From the human T2T-CHM13v2.0 reference genome, Homo sapiens, in assembly GCF_009914755.1 (NCBI RefSeq), contig NC_060937.1: a stretch of DNA of 64,000 nt. One strand, given 5' to 3'. The position numbers and the translations under genes are program-made. Below are positions 60,988 through 64,000 of this stretch, one piece after another. The first letter of the stretch is position 1, and each line of letters starts with the position of its first letter. The notes below the pieces were generated by a model. The model ran no database searches. It was not told the origin of the DNA and saw only the letters and a list, made by a program, of their open reading frames with translations.

Positions 60988-62342
60988 TGGAAAGCATCTT
61001 CTGATGCTCTTGGACCCCATCTCTGTTACTCCTGCATCACCCTGTGAATGCCCCTACTCTGGCACTTACCTTTTTGTCATAAAATTGCTGACTTTCTTAT
61101 CTGCCCACTCCACTGTGGGCTCCTGGAGAATGGTAACTCTACCTTATTCATTCTTGAGTCCCCAGTGTCTAGTGCAGGCCGATAGACAGCTGACCTTCAG
61201 TAACTGAGGAAAATGACCACATAAATGAAGACAATGGAAAATGTCATGTAGAGGGTGGAGGAGGGGAGTGAGCTTTGCAATATTTGCGGAATATGATGAA
61301 GCTAAGCTAGTTATTAGTGCTAACTCCCTGGGTGGTAGCATAGACTGATGACCTGCAGCATGCCAAGCTCACCTCAGAATTTATAAAATTCTGTCAGTTA
61401 ATTTTGTCATCTTAAGGTTCAAAAAGCCTCAGTTCCTGGAGCTTAGAATGCAAACTCTGGTGGTTTTATGCGTTTGCTAAAGCATTAGCCCCAAAAGGAC
61501 AAGTAAAACTTTACACTGGGCTGTTTTTGTAGAAACGTGTGGTGTCCTCTAAAGTATCTGACGATGAAACTCAGTGTGAGGATTTGAATTACTTATTATG
61601 TTGGTTGCTAATGGAGGATGTGGATAAGTTTTTGACCATGATGGCCTAATTTATTCATGGGATGTGGTCTAAATTTTCAAGATGTCCAACTGTCAATTTT
61701 AAAGGTGTAATTTTCAAGGGACTCTGTAGATAGCTTTATTTCTTCCCATTATACCTTAAGGTGAAGGACAATCTTGGCATTTTATGTGTGAGCACCATAT
61801 TGCCCAGGGAAGAGCATGGAATATAATTTTAATCCAATTCACCATTGAGTAAATAAATCTGTAGAGCTTTTGAATTCACCTATTTGATTACATAAATGCA
61901 GGCCATGTGTTTGCCTCCTGTTCCCCCCCACACACAAAAGTGGCTTGTTGCTCTCCTAAATGGGCCTACTAGTCTGACCAGCAACTTCTGTTTTGTTGCT
62001 CAGTTGACTATCTGTATTGTTGACTTAGAGAACATTATATTCATCCACTTTGGCCAAACTAATATTCGTCATCAAAACTCTCTTTTTTATTCATCAAAGT
62101 CCAATTCAGATGACATCTCCTCCATGAAATCTCCCCTGATTAGTCATCAGAAGTGCTAATTTTTATCTGATGTTATTTTATACCACTCACATTGCACATT
62201 TATGAACTGACTTTGTACCTATTATGTTTGTTTTTCAAAGGTGAGGATTATGTGTTGCTTATTTTCATTTTCTCTAGAATATAATAAAGGATCAGGCTCA
62301 GAGTAGGCAATTAATGCATGTATGTTAAGTTTAATAGAATAA

Positions 62343-62734
<392 letters not shown>

Positions 62735-62740
62735 TAATAG

Positions 62741-63245
<505 letters not shown>

Positions 63246-63322
63246 TAGCTAAGAGCAGTGTCCGAACTAAGAACCAGAAGAGCCAAAATATAGAAATGGC
63301 TAAAAGTGACCCAGGAAAGCTA

Positions 63323-63788
<466 letters not shown>

Positions 63789-64000
63789 CTAAAAAGATGA
63801 GTGATTTCAGTGCTTCTGAATGGTGACCATGTGGTTTCTTCTTTATTGAGAATTTCACCCTAAGATCAAGCCTCATGGCAAAGCCTTTGTGAATGTAAAA
63901 AAGAAAAAAAGTTGACGTATGGGATAATTTGAGACACAGTGAAAAGCAGCCTTGCAATAATATGTTAAGCTGGAAGAGAATATGAGAATGTTGCAAAACA

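Overview
This is primate (human or very close relative) genomic DNA containing the 3' half of FLT1 (VEGFR1) on the minus strand. I traced 15 consecutive coding exons (15-29) by hand: second half of Ig domain 7, transmembrane exon, juxtamembrane, split kinase and C-tail. All have GT-AG boundaries and consistent phase. Exons 1-14 and 30 lie outside the window, and exon numbers come from recalled annotation. The alternative terminal exon 15a of soluble sFLT1-e15a (poly-Ser tail, 62797-62882) is also present. Its coding part is a TCA microsatellite and its poly(A) signals come from an Alu tail. Introns hold about 35 Alus plus L1, L2, MIR and hAT DNA-transposon fossils; repeat boundaries are approximate. 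Nearly all ORFs in the supplied track are spurious. I found no new protein-coding system. The best leads are: (1) a possible competing Alu-duplex RNA switch around exon 15a; (2) a ~40 bp copy of exon 19 fused to an Alu 5' end 1350 bp away; (3) a perfect DR5 retinoic-acid-type element created by a local duplication; (4) an in-frame MNSDLLV mini-exon in intron 21; (5) three Alus stacked at one target site.
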